Assembly (NCBI GenBank): GCA_964016885.1
Contig: OZ024744.1
Location: 85,684,001-85,748,000, forward strand
From: Eledone cirrhosa
Taxonomy: Eukaryota
Direction of reading: 5' to 3'
Length of the DNA: 64,000 bases
The stretch's first letter is position 1; each line of letters opens with the position of its first letter. Positions 12,739 to 24,711 of the stretch are shown one piece after another. The translations under genes and the position numbers were made by a program. The notes under the pieces were generated by a model. It was given only the letters and a program-made list of their open reading frames with translations. It ran no database searches and was not told the origin of the DNA.

Positions 12739-14339
12739 TAACCGACGCTCAGCGGCGGCAAAGATGTTGCAGTGCCTGTACTCACCGCATTTTGTGATTG
12801 TCTATTTTCGGTTATCGGCGGAGCGTCATTTACCCGCATTGTTTTCTTCGACCGAGAGGTCAAAGTCCGAGAGCCAATATGTGCATACTTTCTTTGGTGA
12901 AAAATTGTAAAGTCAAAATGTATGAATTGAAGCGTTACAGTAAAATTAAAAATATACTGGCAAAGCTTAAAAAATCCTTTGAATAACTACATCCTGTTCA
13001 GCATGTTCATTCATTGTCAAAAAAGTTTGATGTGTACGAATGCAGCTGGAAGCATAGATAATGCCTGCCTCAAATGTGGACGAAATTACTTTAAAAATGT
13101 AAAAGTTGTAGGTCCCAAAGGTTTGAATGGAAAGTCCCATAAGGATTGTTCTAAAAATAAACAAACCATCATCAAAATCTCGTCAATTCGAGACTGCTGC
13201 GAGATTAGGCCCTTACCGCGAAAATTAACACTTAATATAGTGAAATAAGTTAAAACAACAAGTGTTTTTTTAACTTTGAAAGTGCAACAAATTATTTTTT
13301 GTATCAATATGTCTTATGAAAGTAGCGATACCGTCTTTGAAGGTTTTACACACGACGACATTCAGAATAAACAAGAAACAAATGATAATATTAGTGATTT
13401 ATCTTCAAATGAATCTGATGTCTATATTTCTGAAATTTCGTCCGACGATGATTGTTGTTTTAAAATTGAAAGGATTGTCAATAAAATTGGTTATCTCCAT
13501 TACATCAATTTTGCTACCGATAGTTTTGATATCGATTTTTTATTGCTCAACGTAGGTCGAAAAATGTTTGTGATGTCACCATCTTAGCGACCTGTGCAAC
13601 GTGCACAGAACATTTGGTCAAATTCGGTTTGTAATTGTAAAAGCCTTAGGTATCCAAAGTTGTACACAAACACACACACATCCTCGCTTTTATATATATA
13701 GATGTCACTTCCGATGCACTCCAAAGCAACCTCGACCTCTGCTTGGCTGGCAAGTTCCACTTTTCGTGTCTGCACCTAAATGCATCGAAAGTACACCGTC
13801 CTTCTTTGCACGGCCGCTATTGCCCCGTCCGGGATGGTCAGGTTTGCCCAGGACTTCTCCCGTTTAATTAGCCTCCACGCCTGGGCCAAATGTTCGTCTT
13901 TATCGCTAATATCAATATTCAATAAGCGCTTTGTTTTTGCTGCTGCTGCAGCAAATGTGGTGCCTCTGTTGCTCTTGTTGTTGGTGTTGTCGTTCTTGCT
14001 GTTGTTATTTGTGTTGTTGTTGTTTTTTTTTGTTGTTGCTGTTGCCACCGCCATCCTTGTTTACATTGAAGCTGTCGGTGTTATTGTCGTTGTTGCTCTG
14101 AGTTGTTGTTGTTGTTGTGGTGGTGGTGGCGGTGGTGATGTCGTTTTCAGATGATACTGCTGCTAACACAGAAGGGAGCGGTTGTGATAGTAGCTTTTGT
14201 GTTTTGCCTTCACATTCAGTGGAGTGGACGACAGGCATGTCTGTAGCAGTCGTAGTTGTGGTGAAATCTACAGTGGCTGCTTTTGAACATTTGATCTGAA
14301 CATTGTTTACCATTTCAAGGTCGAAAATTTCCATACTTT

Positions 14340-14370
<31 letters not shown>

Positions 14371-14611
14371 GGGGGATTTTTTTTTTGAAGTTTTTAAAAA
14401 TAAATCAGAATATTCGGGATATATTAAGGTGGGTACCTTATGCTTCGTTAACGACTAGAAAATACAAAAAATGATACTTTAAAACAGCTTATAGTTAAGA
14501 ACCTTTTCCCCCGCAGACTAGTGCGTCTTCAAACATGTGCTGCCAAATGATAAAAATAATAATATATATATATATATATAGAGAGAGAGCGAGAGAGAGA
14601 GAGAGAAGTTA

Positions 14612-14856
14612 AAATAAATCATGTTTTAGTAGATAATTAATCGTTAGTTTTACGGTCGTTTCAAAGAGTTCCAAAACAAACAAACAAACAAAAAACAGTT
14701 ATCGATGTGTTCACTAATCGATAGCAGAATAGATGTGGTATTTTGCAACTTTCATAATGCGACCGATTTGGCATCACACAGATAAACATTTCCCACGCCT
14801 CTCTGAAACGATCGTAAAACAATGAAGCAATTAACTACTAAACCTTGCCTTATTTC
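14612..14856. mobile_element. Putative MITE with imperfect ~55-bp inverted ends
   Basis: TTTAGTAGATAATT..GTTTTACGGTCGTTTCAAAGAG versus the reverse complement at 14800-14856. Confidence 0.45.
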
Positions 14857-15035
14857 GTTCCTTGTCTAACATTAAATATCTAAATCTGTAGTTTTCAATT
14901 ACTCAACGATATGTTATAAGATAGCACTTTTACACAAAAACAAATATTTCGCTTTGCTTCGAGGGGATATTCATGTCTACACTACACTGAGATCTAATAG
15001 GGTTATATGTGGTTTCTTAATTGGATAGAACAACA

Positions 15036-15036
15036 A

Positions 15037-15073
<37 letters not shown>

Positions 15074-15192
15074 TTGTGTCTATATATATATATTTGTGTA
15101 TATATATATATATTTGTGTCTATATATATATTTGTGTCTATATATATATATTTGTGTATATATATATATATATTTGTGTCTATATATATATT

Positions 15193-15261
<69 letters not shown>

Positions 15262-15353
15262 ATTATGTATCTATCTATCTATCTATATATATATATATAT
15301 ATATATACATGCATGCATACATACACACACACACAGACACACACACTCACACT

Positions 15354-15430
<77 letters not shown>

Positions 15431-15517
15431 TATTTATCTATCTATCTATCTATCTATAATATATATATATATACATGCATGCATACATACACACACACAC
15501 ACAGACACACACACACT

Positions 15518-15604
<87 letters not shown>

Positions 15605-15680
15605 ATTATGTATCTATCTATCTATATATATATATATATACATGCATGCATACACACACACACAGACACACACACACACT

Positions 15681-15735
<55 letters not shown>

Positions 15736-15762
15736 GAGTTTGTGTGTGTGTGTGTGTGTGTG
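15036..15762. repeat. Compound (TA)n/(CA)n/(TATC)n microsatellite with a higher-order period
   Basis: The block TA-run, TATC, TGCA, CA-run recurs three times. Confidence 0.95.
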
Positions 15763-16128
15763 TGATAACAGGCAGATTTCTCTCTACGAAATTTCGCTCC
15801 CAATGTATTGATCAACACGAGTCTATGATAAAAGAAATTTTCCTAACATGACCCGTAGTTCAATCAAATCAAACTAACTTCTTATTCACACACACACACA
15901 CACACGGACACGCACATACACACACAAGCACCACCCCCCCCCACACACACACACATGATTGCACCTGATCACAACAACTGAAAACTTCAATTAGGGAACA
16001 CAATTAGAAAGTATTTCTCATATCTTTATCATATACCCCCGCCCTTCAAAACCAGTAAACAGACCATCACAACAGAAACACAATGTAATTTAAGAACAAC
16101 TCATTATCCTCTACCCAATTCAGATTTG

Positions 16129-16655
16129 TGAAGGTGCATGGCTTAGTGGTTAGAACATTGGGCTTGCAATTGGGAAGTTGTCAGTTCGATTCTCGGACCG
16201 GGTGATGTGTTGTGTCCTTGAGCAAGACACTTTATTCACGTTGCTCCAGTTTACTCAGCTGTAGTAATGAATTGTGACGTCACTGGTGCCAAGCTGTATC
16301 GGTCATTGCCTTTCTCTTGGACAACATCATATATGGTATATATATATAATATATAGTATATACATAGTGTGTATGTAGTGTATATATAATATACAGTCTA
16401 AACATAGTGTGTATGTAGTGTATATATAGTGTATATATAGTGTATATATAGTGTATATATTAATTACGACGTCACTGGTGCCAAGCTGTATCGGTCATTG
16501 CCTTTCCCTTGGACAGCATGGGTGGCGTGGAGAGGAAAGAGTGGTATAAATGGGCGACTACTGGTCTTCCGCAAAACAAACCTTGTCCAGGCTTGTGCCT
16601 TAGAGGGCAAATTTCTAGGTGCAAAACCATGGTCATTCATGACTTATTGGGGCCT
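16129..16655 (+). mobile_element. tRNA-derived SINE (family 1) with an internal duplication and an AT-rich interruption
   Basis: A box TGGCTTAGTGG, B box GTTCGATTCTC, TGTGTCCTTGAGCAAGACACTT core; 16276-16328 is repeated at 16468-16518. Confidence 0.8.
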
Positions 16656-16984
16656 TAATTCGAATTGGAAACCTTTTACACACGTTTAAAATCATTCTGA
16701 ACACTTGTAAACACCGTATAAGCTTAAACTTAAACACCGTTTAAGCTAAATTTAGCCTACTGAAATTCTATAATCAATCATTATCCACCATCGAAGTTTA
16801 CCTGATATATTAATCTATTAGAAATACCAGTCAAGCGTTTCACAAATAGTAAACTACCGTCATAAGGATATGATGGTCCCATTTGACAATGTAATTCTAG
16901 ATACGTCATGTCATGTTCCCGCAACTGGTGCAGCCAGTCAATGGCGTGCAACTCCAGACGTTTTTTTACAGTTAGTTGTCACCA

Positions 16985-17190
16985 TTGGTCATTATTGTCC
17001 GTCATGCATAGAAGGGTCTCCATGTTTTGACCAGTCCAGTCTTTGATGTTGTCGATCAGGATTTTCTTTGCCTGCTTCGAATGTGCCCCGAATGATGGTT
17101 TTGGGCAAGGAATTGTGGCGAGATATATGCCCATACCGAGCAAGCTTCCGTCTTTTCACTACTGCAAGGAGTGGTTCCTGTCTGCCAACA
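16985..17190 (-). mobile_element. RTE-clade LINE 3' fragment
   Basis: GRQEPLLAVVKRRKLARYGHISRHNSLPKTIIRGT resembles the RTE ORF C-terminus. Confidence 0.7.
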
Positions 17191-17576
17191 TATATAAACT
17201 GAAGAAAATTAACAACGAGAGGACAAGACAACGAACGGAAACAAACAAAACAAAAAGCACATTTTTAATGGGAAACCTTAAAAAGTTATAAAAAGAAAAA
17301 ATTTAAAATACAAGAAAGGACACAGAACTCCATGGTCATTGGCTGTTCAGATAGACTTTGGTAGTTTCGACCCCTATCAACGGTACTGCCGGTCTACCCG
17401 TTAACTTAGTGTCTGGCAAAGCTGTTTGTTTTGTGATCCGTATATGGGATGTGTAGCATAAAACAAAAGACCGGGATGCTTTCAACTAGAACAACACATT
17501 TAATCATAGGTGTGTCAGATAAGATGTATGCAAATCAGATTCACAAGCTGCTACAAGGGTTCATGGCTGAAAGATT

Positions 17577-18126
17577 CATAGACTGACCAAGATACTCTCA
17601 TGGAATGACTTAAATGAGGTTTATTTTTCGACATAGTCCCTGGAAAGAAACAATGCATTTATTCATGAGAACAGTTGAAATTAATGCATGCAAGATTTCA
17701 TAGCTCTAGCATCACTCCTTTATAGGCTGACCAAGACACTCTCATGGAATGACCAAATGAGGTTTATTTTTCAATATAGTCCCTGGAAAGAAACAATGCA
17801 GTTATTAATGAGAACAGTTGAAATTAATGCATGCAAGATTTCACAGCTCTAGCATCACTCCTTTATAGGCTGACCAAGATACTCTCATGGAATGACCAAA
17901 TGAGTTTATTTTTCAACATAGTCCCTGGAAAGAAATAATGCAGTTATTAATGAGAAAAGTTGAAATTAATGCATGCAAGATTTCACAGCTCTAGCATCAC
18001 TCATTTATAGGCGGACCGAGATAGTCTCATGGAATGACCAAATGTGGTTTATTTTTCAACATAGTCCCTGGAAAGAAATAATGCAGTTATTAATGAGAAA
18101 AGTTGAAATTAATGCATGCAAGATTT
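17577..18126. repeat. Tandem repeat, ~143-bp unit, about 4 copies
   Basis: The unit GCTGACCAAGATACTCTCATGGAATGACC...TTAATGCATGCAAGATTT starts at about 17581, 17725, 17868 and 18010. Confidence 0.9.
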
Positions 18127-18310
18127 GCTTTTTATGGATGATTTGAAGGTTTCCACTAAAAGAGAAAATGATATAAAGGGATTGGTTTCAACAGTAGAGA
18201 TATTCAATAGGAATATCGGGACGAAGTTTGATATTAAGAAATGCGGGGAAACTGGGTACATGTGAAAGGGTAGAGTTGCTCAACGGAGAAAGGATCAAGG
18301 ATATTGAAGC
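18125..18310 (+). mobile_element. R4/Dong RT fragment
   Basis: Translates [41 protein letters not shown]. Confidence 0.75.
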
Positions 18311-18329
18311 TCAGTCAAAAAGTCGAGCT

Positions 18330-18994
18330 GAGGAAAAACTTTGACAAACGGTGACTGCACCAGTTCACCATTTAGGAATATCTGGAGATATGTAGCCTTA
18401 ACGCATGCTTGCGAATCATCAAGCACATAATGCCCTGCCATCTACGTAGAGGGCACTGGTAGCAGATGGATCACCTCACCAATTGAGCGTGTCCAGTCCA
18501 CTAGAAGTTAAGGAGCAGGAACTCCAATTTTGGTGAGGCGTGAACAGGAGTAAGGCACGACGTTGAAGCGGTAATAGATGACGGATGCGATATACGGGTT
18601 CGCCACCTCTATCCAACCTTTTAATGATAGCTTCTACTCACCCTATTTCAGGGAGAGAGTCTCCACCCTCCCCCGTGCCCTTATCTACCTGGAGGCTTGG
18701 CCCAAACCAGACCCCGTGCAACTTCACAAGTTCGTCCGCCTAGCGTTCGACGACTCTGTTGAACGGAGTTGCCTCTCTAGGTGCCGAGCTGCAAACCTAC
18801 CGACTTTTTCTTGTTAACCTTTCATATTCCTCTAAGAAGTTACCGACCACCGGGATTTCCGAAATGCTCGACACCATCACGGTTACGTCGTTCATATATG
18901 CCGACGCAGCCCTTCTACGTCCCGGTTTCCGTTGGATACCCTGCAACCTCCCCAGCCACCGCAGAAAAGGCTCGAGAGTCAGAATGTACAGAAG

Positions 18995-19061
<67 letters not shown>

Positions 19062-19850
19062 AGAGAGAGAGAGAGAGAAATAATTCTAGACGGATCAAGA
19101 GCGTAATCTGGAACGGTTCCTTTGACCACTGAACTGATGCCGCTCTTCGTTGCAACGATACAGTTTCTGTAGATGGTACCAAAGCTAGTTGCCTCGAGGA
19201 CAGCGTCCAGATCTCAATGGTCGACCCTAGCGAAAGGTTTCGATTGATCTAAATTGATCGGAACCCCACTGAAGGCAGACTTACTCCCTACTCTCTCTAT
19301 GATCTATCGCATGAAGTGGAGTTTGTCGTATATGGACCTGTTCGGGGGGCATTGTGTCTGTTTGGATCTCTCCTACCAAGCTCTCAGCGACAAAGGTTAA
19401 CATCATTGTTAGCACCACGGACAAAATCTTAAACTGCGTTTAGCAGAATTACGGACGTGAACTTGTCTACTGTATCCCTCTTGTGCACTTTTTTCCTCAT
19501 CAGTCTTACTACGCCCCGACGTACAGAACTGGGAATTCTCCCGTTCGCATGCCAGTTGCAGTAATCCCTTTCAAGGAGACCAGAGAACAAGTTTGGAACG
19601 TCTACGTAAAATTCATAGGGCAGAACACCTAAATCGGGCGATTTGCGCTTCAAACTCTCGGCCAGAGCTTCCCGAATATCGATTGCTGTTATCGGCTTTG
19701 TGTAGCACACCGCATCACTTGTGGCAGCCCGTCGAGGTAGGAACTGAAGTCTGCCATCGTTTCTGAACCTCCGTTCTCCCCGAACAGTTGTGCAAAGTGT
19801 TGACGAAAAGACACACACATCTGCTTAGAATCGGTCAGAATACGACCGCC
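18330..19850 (-). mobile_element. Old degenerate Tx1-like ORF2 fragment with an internal (GA)n expansion
   Basis: KSPDLGVLPYEFY, GRIPSSVRRGVV, LYILTLEPFLR, ASAYMNDVTV; collinear with 57400-58900. Confidence 0.85.
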
Positions 19851-20415
19851 AGAGAGAACTACAGATATAAAACAAGTAACCAGCTCGCGAAATCTTGGTT
19901 AGTTTATCTATAAAACAGTAACAAATATTCAATAAACGTTTGTATAACAATGTGAAAAATGAATAAACTTACGGAGCAATTTACGACGTTGTGTCCAGAC
20001 TCGCAACAACAAAACAATATATGTATGGATGTCTCTCTTTCCCTTAATTTCGAGAACATTTTTGTTCGGCCACCTTCCGAGTGGCAAGGTTGTAAAAGAA
20101 AAGAAATTGTCATCCCTTGAATCTCAAGAATGTTTTGCAAATTTTGAAGGTGCCAGATATCGCAGCCATTTGTAGACTATGAATTAGGGAGCTGCGCTCT
20201 TTGTCCACAAATCCAAATTCAGTTATACATTGGTCAAGCGGGTTGGGATAAAACCTGTGACTCCAATAATGATGGGTATGAAACTGAAGGGGTATCTTGG
20301 ATCTGAAAACTCCTTATCAATAGTCCTTAGATGTCCTCCTCTCGTATTTTTCTTACAACGTTGTATGTATGTATGTATGTATGTATGTATGTATGTATGT
20401 ATGTATGTATGTATG

Positions 20416-20452
<37 letters not shown>

Positions 20453-20454
<2 letters not shown>

Positions 20455-20650
20455 GTTATCCCGGGTTGAATCGGAGGTAACCACAGTAAGTAAGGTACTC
20501 AATAGATTGCAGAGTATAAAAGTTTTAATATAGATGAGATTCTACAGGACTAGAAATGTTTCATTCTTTAGAAATCATCAGGAATCCCTCTGATTTCTGA
20601 TGATTTCTAAAGAATGAAACAGTTCTAGTCCTGTAGAATCTCATCTATAA
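20453..20650. mobile_element. PLE-type fold-back unit with hammerhead motifs on both strands
   Basis: Inverted arms about 20529-20588 and 20593-20650; minus strand GATTC-CTGATGA-TTTCTAAAGAAT-GAAACA..TGTA-GAATC; flanked by (TA)n. Confidence 0.8.
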
Positions 20651-21006
20651 TATATATATATAAATATAAATTCAGCGAGAATCGCATTTCGGCGGGTAGA
20701 AAAAGCGAAACGAAACGCAAAATCGTAGAAATGCTGGCAAGCGCTCCAATAGTTAAGAAAAACTAGAGCTAAACAATATGTTAAAACGCCATACAAACTG
20801 AAAAAGTGGTCAAGAAGGCATTAACCACCTAAGCCAAAAAACAATTCAAGCTAAACAGGTAAAACATATATATATATATATACGTATCTCTGTGTGTGCG
20901 TGTATGTATGTGTGTGTGTGTGCCTGTATGCATGGAAAATGTATGAAGGAAACATTCTCCTCGATGTTAAACAATTGGAATGCTTTGTATTATAGTTTTG
21001 CGCTAG

Positions 21007-21226
21007 GGTGGTGAATTGACAGTATCGGTAGAGCGTCGGACACCATGCTTTGCTGAATAGAGTTACGGTCCTTTTACGATCTGAGTTCAAATTCCGCCGA
21101 AGTTAACTTTGCCTTTTATCCTATCCTTACGGGGTCAATAAAATAAAGTACCAGTAATGGGGTCGATTTAATCGACTTTCACCTCCTCCCAAAAAATTGC
21201 TGGTCTTGCGCCTAAATTAGAAACCA
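21007..21226 (+). mobile_element. tRNA-derived SINE (family 2)
   Basis: GGTGAATTGRCAGTATCGGTAGAG..GAGTTCAAATTCCGCCGA..GGGGTCRATAAAATAAAGTACCAGT; six copies in the window. Confidence 0.85.
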
Positions 21227-21480
21227 TTTTTGTTCTGAGCTCTCAGAACGAAAATAGTCTTAAACGACAACGGTTACTTTAACAAATCTACAGTTGATGT
21301 AATGGCCATCCATCAGTAACCTCGAGAAACTTTATACTGTGTCTATGTTAGTTGCTTTAAAATCCATTAATCAATCGCCTAGTTACCACATCCTAAACAC
21401 ATTAACCTATACTGCTTGCCATGTCTATATTTGGTCTAATATCCTCTTCTGTCGCAGTGGAATTGACTACAGAAGATATT

Positions 21481-21528
21481 CACTACTACTACTAACACTA
21501 CTATTGCCGCTGGTGGTGGTGGTGGTGT

Positions 21529-21614
<86 letters not shown>

Positions 21615-21625
21615 TTGCTGCTGCT
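21481..21625. repeat. (CTA)n/(CTG)n/(GGT)n microsatellite
   Basis: Read directly from the sequence. Confidence 0.9.
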
Positions 21626-23028
21626 ATATTAGTTGAAACTCTGTATTTATTCACAAGCACATACAGACACACACACTCATATATATACATATATATTTAT
21701 CAGAGAATTGGAAACGCTACTCGGATGATTGTCTCATTCTTTGGTCTCACACACTCGACCAACTAAATGATTTCAAAAATTCAATTAACGGCATCAATAC
21801 CCACATCCAATTCACAATGGAATACAGCCAAGATCAACTCCCATTTCTGGACATCTTAATCTTTAAAAAAGACACAAATATTGAAAATGACATACACTAC
21901 AAACCAACAGATTCCAAACAATACCTGCTATTCACCTCCAACAATCCAAAGCACATGAAGACGAACATTCCTTTTAACTTATCAAGAAGAATTTGCACAA
22001 TCGTCTCCAATTATGAAACGCGAAATAAAAGACTTCAAGAATTAAAGGAAATTCTACTAGAAAGACAGTACCCACCATTACTAAGAAATAATGGAATATA
22101 AAGGGCTAAAGCAATAGGCATTGATGAATTACGAAAACAGAAACAAATTCAAGGTACGTCCAATATTCTATCATATATCTCAACACACAACCCAAGAAAT
22201 GCGGAACATCCCACTATTGAAACAAGACCCAGGAATGAAAAAAGTCCTTGAAACACAAAATAATCAAAAGCAAAAGACAACCGAAATCACTAAAAACATT
22301 ACTCACCAATGCCAAATTACCGACCACAAACCCACAACCAACTGTCAAAAAATTTGGTCGCTCTAATTGTGGAACCTGCACTCACCTCATTGAAGGCAAC
22401 ACGCATAGATTTAAATCAGGACAAAATGTTGCTGTAAAAAACCACTTCACTTGCTCATCAAAAAAATCTGCTTTATGCCATTAAATGTAAAGATGCATGT
22501 AAAGGATGCAATGAAGATTATATAGAACAAACTAAACTCACTCTCAGAAACAGAATGACAGTTCATCGCCAACAATTACGAGACAGATACCACTAAGTGC
22601 ACATCTAGACATATGCGCAAGTAATAAGACACCCAAATTCCAAGTCTTCCAATTTTATCTTTGCGCCGACAATACAACAGAACAAATATAGACCAGCATT
22701 AAATATAGTTTAATATACATTATGTCAACACCATAACATGCTAACCATCCAAACAGACACATACATACACACACACATAACACCTTCTACTTTAGAAAAT
22801 AAAAACCAGAACTAAATAAATCTTAAATATAAGTATGTATACGTACATACATATATGTATACAGACGTGCAGTAGTATGTATATACATACATGTACACAT
22901 ATATATATGTACGTATGGATTCACCAAGCATTTATTATAATGCTCGGTGTGTTTGTAAACAAACATCCCGTATAAAGCCGCAGTGTCTAGCAACAACCGT
23001 TGCTCGTTTGTTCAACACTGACAAAGGA

Positions 23029-23071
23029 ACGCTGTACTAGTTTCAAGCTTGTTAGCTATCGTCAGCAATGT
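23029..23071 (-). ncRNA. Type I hammerhead ribozyme
   Basis: ACATTG-CTGACGA-TAGC TAACAA GCTT-GAAAC TA GTA-CAGCGT (one stem I mismatch). Confidence 0.8.
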
Positions 23072-23521
23072 ATACCTTCCTGCCAGATTGTTGAACGTCC
23101 GAAAGTATATACTTTCCTTATGCATATTAACGGCAGAGTAGCCCAATTTGCATATCGAGTGAGTTAATCGGCCGGGTGCACCGAAAACGATAAACGGAAA
23201 AAATGAAACGAAATTTCATTTCCCACTCTTAGTACGGCTGTTACTTAAATATAAGTATGTATACGTACATACATATATGTATACAGACGTACAGTAGTAT
23301 GTATATATATATATACATACATGCACACATATATATATGTACGTATGGATTCACCAAACATTTATTATAATGCTTGATGTGTTTCTAAACAAACAACCCG
23401 TATAAAGCCGCAGTGTCTAGCAACCACCGTTGCTCGTTTGTTCAACACTGATGCAAATTGGGCTACTCAGCATAAGGAAAGTATATATTTTCGGACGTTC
23501 AACAATCTGGCAGGAAGGTAT

Positions 23522-23564
23522 ACGTTGCTGACGATAGCTAACAAGCTTGAAACTAGTACAGCGT
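23522..23564 (+). ncRNA. Type I hammerhead ribozyme
   Basis: ACGTTG-CTGACGA-stem II-GAAAC TA GTA-CAGCGT; helix III palindrome ACTAGT; stem I extends to about 23497/23583. Confidence 0.88.
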
Positions 23565-24095
23565 TCCTTTGTCAGTGTTGAACAAACGAGCAACGATGGT
23601 TGCTAGACACTGCGGCTTTATACGGGATGTTTGTTTACAAACACACCAAACATTATAATAAATGTTTGGTGAATCCATACGTACATATATATATGTGTGC
23701 ATGTATGTATATATATATACATACTACTGCACGTCTGTATGCATATATGTATGTACGTATACATACTTATATTTAAGTAACAGCCGTACTAAGAGTGGGA
23801 AATGAAATTTCGTTTCATTTTTTCCGTTTAAATAAATCTTAACATACGTTAATACTCTAACACCTTAACATGCTACGCCCCCCCCCCACACACATAACTC
23901 CCTCCCCCATTTCTACTAACGGAATCATTTTCCTTCACACACACAAAATATATATATATTCTCTCCATTTTAACATGCTAAACATACATACACATAACAC
24001 CCATACACACACACATAACACCCATACACACACAAAAATAAGATGGCGTAGGACAGAACAAAGGAGAGGCACAAAAACAAAGAAAAGAATCCCCA

Positions 24096-24138
24096 GTCAC
24101 TGAAGAGGTCATATAATGTGTGACGAAAGAACTTTGGC
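24096..24138 (+). ncRNA. Type I hammerhead motif in the PLE 3'UTR (slightly degenerate)
   Basis: GTCA-CTGAAGA-G GTCATAT AAT GTGTGAC-GAAAG AA CTT-TGGC. Confidence 0.65.
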
Positions 24139-24270
24139 AATATATGAACAATCGTCTGGTTGTGGAACCAACCAACAAACCGGAAATTTATAAATTTAAT
24201 TTATAATAAATTGAAGTGAAAACACATGGTGCGTGTGTTTCTTATTGGCAACATGACCCTCCCAAAGTAT

Positions 24271-24333
<63 letters not shown>

Positions 24334-24711
24334 CATAATACATTCATGATGGCTGCAACTGGGTTTCGAGTAATGCCACCGCTTAATACTTAAGCATGAA
24401 CATCACAGAGGTGGTTTTTTTGTCCTGCTTGGGACTTATCTATAGCCAGCAATACCATGCATCGCAAAAAATGCCACATCAAGCGATGCCTGTGCTTGAA
24501 GCTTTTTGGGTGAGGAAAGGCTTTGCATGGGGCTAACCCCATTCTCTGAATGCATTTAACCCCAAAAGCCAAAAGAAGAACTGGTCTACATCATTGGATG
24601 CAAACGAAGTCGCAGGTTTTATATCAGAGGGACATTCTCCCAGAGAGATGTCTTAATGAAGATTAGGAGTCTGTCGCTCCATAAACACAAATTTACACAC
24701 ATACATACATA

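Larger units (their letters stand above)
11458..13702 (-). mobile_element. Internally deleted Helitron inserted in Tx1 ORF1
   Basis: 5' TCTATATATATAAAA, 3' GC hairpin (CCCAAGCAACGCCGGG) plus CTAG, inserted between A and T without TSD; the flanks rejoin ORF1. Confidence 0.9.
8869..14544 (-). mobile_element. Composite Tx1-like element: family C 5'UTR, ORF1 and APE start, joined to a family A ORF1 fragment and the family A 3' end; interrupted by a Helitron
   Basis: 14334->about 10190 is ORF1 homologous to 54330..56192; 10158->9861 is the APE N-terminus; 9860->9246 matches 5030-5640; 9245->8869 matches 304-660. Confidence 0.8.
22823..23830. mobile_element. Candidate retrozyme insertion: ~1.5 copies of a 422-nt unit (minus) plus an inverted partial copy (plus), 14-bp TSD
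   Basis: TTAAATATAAGTATG recurs at 22823 and 23245; inversion at about 23451; TAAATAAATCTTAA at 22813-22826 and 23829-23842. Confidence 0.8.
21697..24275 (+). mobile_element. 5'-truncated Penelope-like element (Neptune-like RT thumb plus GIY-YIG), 3'UTR interrupted by the 422-nt repeat
   Basis: WKRYSDD, LPFLDILI, YKPTDSKQYLLFTS, CGTC; high identity to 43365-44540; the 3'UTR resumes after 23830. Confidence 0.85.

Noticed and set aside
15007-15818. Long ORFs rich in YI/HT/CV dipeptides (also at 36438-36787, 40035-42864, 46444-46797)
   Set aside because: They are translations of (TA)n, (CA)n and (GA)n microsatellites.
16129-16205. tRNA gene
   Set aside because: A and B boxes run directly into a SINE body and the cloverleaf is degenerate.
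17577-18126. CRISPR-like periodicity
   Set aside because: Whole units repeat with no unique spacers, the context is eukaryotic, and there are no cas genes.
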